A stretch of 29,644 bases of DNA from a virus (Duplodnaviria > Caudoviricetes), in the IMG/VR virus record IMGVR_UViG_3300011443_000182, positions 1 through 29,644 of that record. One strand, given 5' to 3'. Shown here piece by piece: positions 25,933 to 29,644 of this stretch (position 1 is its first letter; each line of letters opens with the position of its first letter). The notes under the pieces are model-generated. The model was not told the DNA's origin. It saw only the letters and a list, made by a program, of their open reading frames with translations, and did no database searches. Made by a program: the position numbers and the translations under genes.

Positions 25933-28017
25933 ATGACTAGACAGCAAGCAAGCCAGATGTTGAGAGACGAGCTGAATAAGCACGGTCTTTCAGACTGGCA
26001 TGTGAGACTGAATCAGAACGCTGATTCAAAGTTCCTTGGTCTCTGTTCCTACAAAGACAAGTGTATCATCTTGTCTGCACATCACATCGACATCCATCCT
26101 GATGCTGATGTAATCAATACAATCAAGCATGAGGTAGCACACGCGCTGTGTCAGGGACATGGGCATGACGCGGTGTGGGCTGATAAAGCACGTGAAATCG
26201 GATGCGATAACACGATGCCATGCTCTAACCTGTCACTCTCTCCTGACATCATCGACGCCATTCGGTCAGGCGCAGATGTTGAAGTGACATTCGATGAGCA
26301 GGTAATCCGCACTCCGAAGTATCATGTGACCAGACTACAGGACAAGTGCCCGAAGTGCGGCAAAGTCGCTGTCATGAAGTCTGAGAAGACTCTTGTAGTC
26401 AAGGGTGACACTGAGCCAGATATGAAGTTTATCTCGCTTGAGTGTGGCCACATGATTGTCAAGAAGATTCCGAAGGGCACACCATATCACCTGTTCCAGA
26501 CAGGTGGTAGACTTGACTGCGAGCATGTCTGGGTCAAGAATACATGCGCACTGTGTGACCGTCACAAGCCTTATGACTTCCAATTGGAAGGCATGAGATT
26601 CGTTGAGTCTGGTCTAGCTGTCAATAAAGGTGCTGCCATCCTCGATGAGATGGGCCTCGGAAAGACAGTTCAGGCAGGTGGCGTGGTTTACTTCAATCCA
26701 GACATTTGCATCCCTTGTTTGTGGCTTGTCAAGGCTGGTCTGAAGTATCAGTTCGCATCGTTCATCATTCATTGGATGCCGGGTCACATTCCACAGGTCA
26801 TTCAGTCCTCGAAGGACAATCTGTGGCCGGGATTCAAGCACTACATCATCAGCTATGACATGCTGGTGTCTAAGTCACGCACTCTCAAGTCTGGCAAAGT
26901 GGTGACGAGTGGATTCGATATCACGAAGTTTGATGCAGCTGGCATCAAGTGCGTGGTACTCGATGAGTGTCAGCAGATTAAGAACGTGGATTCTAGCAGG
27001 ACGCAGATGGTTCGTAAGGTAGTCAAGGAGCGCAAAGTTATTGCTCTCTCTGGCACTCCTTGGAACAATCGTGGTAGTGAGCTGTTCCCTGTCCTGAACA
27101 TGCTGGCACCGATGAAGTTCTCCTCTGAAGCTGAGTTCAAGCGTCAGTGGGTGAGCTACTACTATCAGGGACAGTACATCAAGGAAGGTGGAATCAAGCG
27201 TATTCCACAGTTCAAGGACTACACCAAGGAAATCCTCATTAGACGAGAGAGGACAGAGGTGATGCCAGAACTACCGTTGGTGAACCGAACCAAACTCAAC
27301 GTCGTGATGGATGACTCACAGGAAGCTGTCTATGATGAGGCAGTAGAGTCATTCGTACAGTGGTATGAGGACCAGATGGGCGAGATTAGCGGCATGATGA
27401 TTATTGCTGCTATGCAGAAGATGCGTCATCTCGTTGCTATCGCGAAGGTGCCTGCTACTCTGGAGTATGTTGATGAGTTCATCGAGAACACTGATAGGAA
27501 GCTGGTCGTGTTCGCTCATCACAAGGATGTACAGGCTATCCTGTATGATGAGTTGAAGAACAAGTATCCTGACATTCCAGTGATGAAGTTGGACGCGGAC
27601 TTGGATGGCATGGCGCGCTTTGAGATGTGTGAAGCATTCAATAAAGCACCGCGTGTCATCATGGTTGCTAGTCAATTGGCATCAGGTGAAGGACTCAACC
27701 TCCAGACCTGTTCTGATTGCATCATGCATGAAAGGCAGTGGAATCCCGGAAAAGAGGAGCAGTGTGAAGGGCGATTTATCCGTATCGGTTCTACTGCTAC
27801 TTCTGTTTCTGCTGTCTACGCTCATCTTGAAGGTCTTACAGCGATAGACTCGAAGCTGGATGACATCAATGAGCGCAAGCGTGTACAGTTCCATGATGTA
27901 CACAACAAGGGTGAAGCGCCGAAGTGGAATGAGGACGCAATGATGCGTGACCTCGCTGCAAGCATCGTGAATGCACACAATGCTAAGAAGAATCGTAAGG
28001 TTCTTGCTGCTAAGTAG
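25933..28017 (+). CDS. SprT-like zinc metalloprotease fused to a SNF2-family ATPase/helicase
   Basis: LGLC, HEVAH and GHDAVW (SprT); CPKC..CGH and CEH..CALC Zn clusters; DEMGLGKT, DECQ, SGTP, RRER, GEGLNL, WNPG and QCEGRFIRIG (SNF2 motifs I-VI). Confidence 0.9.
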   Translation: MTRQQASQMLRDELNKHGLSDWHVRLNQNADSKFLGLCSYKDKCIILSAHHIDIHPDADVINTIKHEVAHALCQGHGHDAVWADKAREIGCDNTMPCSNLSLSPDIIDAIRSGADVEVTFDEQVIRTPKYHVTRLQDKCPKCGKVAVMKSEKTLVVKGDTEPDMKFISLECGHMIVKKIPKGTPYHLFQTGGRLDCEHVWVKNTCALCDRHKPYDFQLEGMRFVESGLAVNKGAAILDEMGLGKTVQAGGVVYFNPDICIPCLWLVKAGLKYQFASFIIHWMPGHIPQVIQSSKDNLWPGFKHYIISYDMLVSKSRTLKSGKVVTSGFDITKFDAAGIKCVVLDECQQIKNVDSSRTQMVRKVVKERKVIALSGTPWNNRGSELFPVLNMLAPMKFSSEAEFKRQWVSYYYQGQYIKEGGIKRIPQFKDYTKEILIRRERTEVMPELPLVNRTKLNVVMDDSQEAVYDEAVESFVQWYEDQMGEISGMMIIAAMQKMRHLVAIAKVPATLEYVDEFIENTDRKLVVFAHHKDVQAILYDELKNKYPDIPVMKLDADLDGMARFEMCEAFNKAPRVIMVASQLASGEGLNLQTCSDCIMHERQWNPGKEEQCEGRFIRIGSTATSVSAVYAHLEGLTAIDSKLDDINERKRVQFHDVHNKGEAPKWNEDAMMRDLAASIVNAHNAKKNRKVLAAK

Positions 28018-28098
28018 TCTAGTAGTGGTGGCCCTCGGTCTGGCTGGTTATGCAGGCTGTAGGGCCATCCAAACTGAACACTCCATACAGGAGATGAA

Positions 28099-28293
28099 AT
28101 GAAACTCAAGAGCTACATCGAGTTCCGCGTGTTCTTCGACAACGACGCCAATCCTGATGTCATCAGCGAGATTGCTGAGGAGCTGAAGGATGCCATCGTG
28201 GACTACATCGGTGACAACCTCACCAGTGAAGGTATGTTGGCACTCACGCAGGATGTAACGTACGAGAAGGTCGTCGAACTCGAAGCGAAGTGA
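28099..28293 (+). CDS. Small acidic hypothetical protein
   Basis: 64 aa with AGGAG RBS. Confidence 0.7.
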   Translation: MKLKSYIEFRVFFDNDANPDVISEIAEELKDAIVDYIGDNLTSEGMLALTQDVTYEKVVELEAK

Positions 28294-28367
28294 TGGATAA
28301 ACTTCCAACCATCATCATCTGTGTTGTGGTGTTGTGGGCTATCTTGGCATCTAGGTGCCCGGAGTAA
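28293..28367 (+). CDS. 24-aa single-pass membrane micropeptide
   Basis: Not in the track. TGATG-coupled; MDKLPTIIICVVVLWAILASRCPE; fills the gap exactly. Confidence 0.5.
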   Translation: MDKLPTIIICVVVLWAILASRCPE

Positions 28368-28370
28368 CTG

Positions 28371-28571
28371 ATGATTACTAACAAGAAGTACACCGTAACT
28401 GTTGAGCTGGAGCCAGAGGAGATTCTGGTTCTCACCACTGTCATCAAGGTCTTCCGAACAGTATCGGAGACTCTTGATATGAGAGTACCCCAAGAGATGC
28501 GCACTCGTCTCATCACCATTCTGTCGAAGCTGACTGTTGAACTGAATGAAGTGTTGGGAGATGAGAACTAA
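28371..28571 (+). CDS. Small hypothetical protein
   Basis: 66 aa with GGAG RBS. Confidence 0.65.
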   Translation: MITNKKYTVTVELEPEEILVLTTVIKVFRTVSETLDMRVPQEMRTRLITILSKLTVELNEVLGDEN

Positions 28572-28801
28572 TGGTATGGGATGCTGAGTGGGCGTATGAG
28601 GACGAACCGAAATACCGTGGAGACGATGAAGACATGACTGAACAGACGACACCGATTGTGAGCAACGTCACCTTGATCAAGAAGTACTTTGAACTCGGTG
28701 GTCGAAAGGTGGAGATGGCAGAGATGAAGGCACTCACTGCTGATGACCGTGAAGAACTCGGTCGTATGGCTCGTGAGGCACTGGCGAAGTTGGGTCAGTA
28801 G
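28571..28801 (+). CDS. Small hypothetical protein (alternative start 28634)
   Basis: TAATG-coupled; helical C-terminal part IKKYFE...EMKALTADDREEL. Confidence 0.65.
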   Translation: MVWDAEWAYEDEPKYRGDDEDMTEQTTPIVSNVTLIKKYFELGGRKVEMAEMKALTADDREELGRMAREALAKLGQ

Positions 28802-28807
28802 TTCTGT

Positions 28808-28838
28808 AGAGCCCATCATCTAGTATGGTGGGCTTTAT
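28808..28838 (+). terminator. Probable intrinsic terminator
   Basis: AGAGCCCATCAT-CTAGT-ATGGTGGGCTTT stem with G-U pairs, ending TTTAT. Confidence 0.5.
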
Positions 28839-28859
28839 CAGACCTATTGGAGCTAACTG

Positions 28860-29201
28860 ATGAAGACTAACTATTCACCGTGGACTATCCCTGCTGAGTG
28901 GGAGATACACTGGTTCAATGAAGCTGCTGAACAGGCTACCATCAAGGCTATTCTAGATGGTACGTCATCAGCTAGGAGTTGGAGTGACATTCAATCTACT
29001 TGGCCGTGGTGTCATCCACCTAAGCCTCGTGTAGTGCGTGTTGAGAAGGTCAAGAAAAGTGCTCGATTGAAACCTGAGAAGGTATTGAAAGAGCCAGCTA
29101 TGACCAGACAAGGCCGCAAGGTGTATCGTATTCTGCTATCCAGCGGGATATCAAGAGAAGATGCCAAACGAATGGCAAACGAACTGACAGGTGTCAAATG
29201 A
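28860..29201 (+). CDS. Hypothetical protein (Trp-rich N-terminus, basic C-terminus)
   Basis: 113 aa with GGAG RBS. Confidence 0.65.
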   Translation: MKTNYSPWTIPAEWEIHWFNEAAEQATIKAILDGTSSARSWSDIQSTWPWCHPPKPRVVRVEKVKKSARLKPEKVLKEPAMTRQGRKVYRILLSSGISREDAKRMANELTGVK

Positions 29202-29404
29202 AGTACGACGAGCACAATGTCACACGCGGGCGTGTAGAGAATAAAGAGAATCCGGGCTACTTCTATGCTCCGTGTGTACTCTGTGGTAAGCGTATCAATG
29301 TGGGCAATAATCCTCCCGTTATCATCAATGGGAGACTCGACGTGTGGTGCAATACTCACGAGATGAATGAAATTGGACCTCTACTGATAAGGGAGAAGAA
29401 ATGA
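29198..29404 (+). CDS. Small zinc-finger protein
   Basis: ATGA overlap; CVLC...CNTH. Confidence 0.65.
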   Translation: MKYDEHNVTRGRVENKENPGYFYAPCVLCGKRINVGNNPPVIINGRLDVWCNTHEMNEIGPLLIREKK

Positions 29405-29553
29405 GCGTAACTACTGAAGAAGTCATTTGGATTCTCGTCCGCTACATCATGGGCGAGGATAAGAAGACTCAAGAGGAAGTCGTAATAATGCTGCTAAGGG
29501 AAGCGTTGATCGGACGCGGACTGATGCACCTGATGCCGAAGGAGAAAGAATAA
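29401..29553 (+). CDS. 50-aa hypothetical protein
   Basis: Not in the track. ATGA overlap and AAGGGAG RBS; MSVTTEEVIWILVRYIMGEDKKTQEEVVIMLLREALIGRGLMHLMPKEKE. Confidence 0.65.
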   Translation: MSVTTEEVIWILVRYIMGEDKKTQEEVVIMLLREALIGRGLMHLMPKEKE

Positions 29554-29644
29554 TGGAACTGTATAACGTAGTTCAATTCTTTCCTGATGGACAGTACGAG
29601 TATGTGCGTAAGGCTGTCTCAGCAGAAGAGGCTGTCAAGGCCAC
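29553..29644 (+). CDS. Partial hypothetical protein running off the window edge
   Basis: TAATG overlap and AAGGAG RBS; MELYNVVQFFPDGQYEYVRKAVSAEEAVKA... Confidence 0.6.
   Translation, partial: MELYNVVQFFPDGQYEYVRKAVSAEEAVKA

Noticed and set aside
1-29644. Alternative genetic code, tRNA genes, integrase, introns or inteins
   Set aside because: All three stop codons end well-coupled genes; terL, portal and capsid are uninterrupted; no cloverleaf or recombinase motifs were recognised by eye.

Overview
The window is part of a tailed dsDNA phage genome with podovirus-like (P22/T7-type) organisation and two divergent arms, read in the standard genetic code. The minus strand (22699 to <1) is a tightly coupled late operon: probable small terminase, IPT/TIG protein, fascin beta-trefoil + clan GH-A glycoside hydrolase, two Pro/Met/Gln low-complexity proteins, large terminase, several accessory genes, portal, scaffold, major capsid, head-tail adaptor, nozzle, collagen-like tail fibre and probable ejection proteins. 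The plus strand (23178 to >29644) carries early-type genes: many small Zn-finger proteins, a degenerate LAGLIDADG-like protein and an SprT-protease/SNF2-ATPase fusion. The control region (about 22700-24920) holds sigma70-type promoters, a large inverted repeat, short direct repeats, hairpins and 16-bp palindromes resembling host NrdR boxes. The most notable signals are the NrdR-like boxes on phage promoters, a shared [KR]G[IL][AG]PS motif in four proteins around the terminase, the SprT-SNF2 fusion, the fascin-GH enzyme and two candidate structured RNAs. All family assignments come from motif recognition by eye; no database searches were run.
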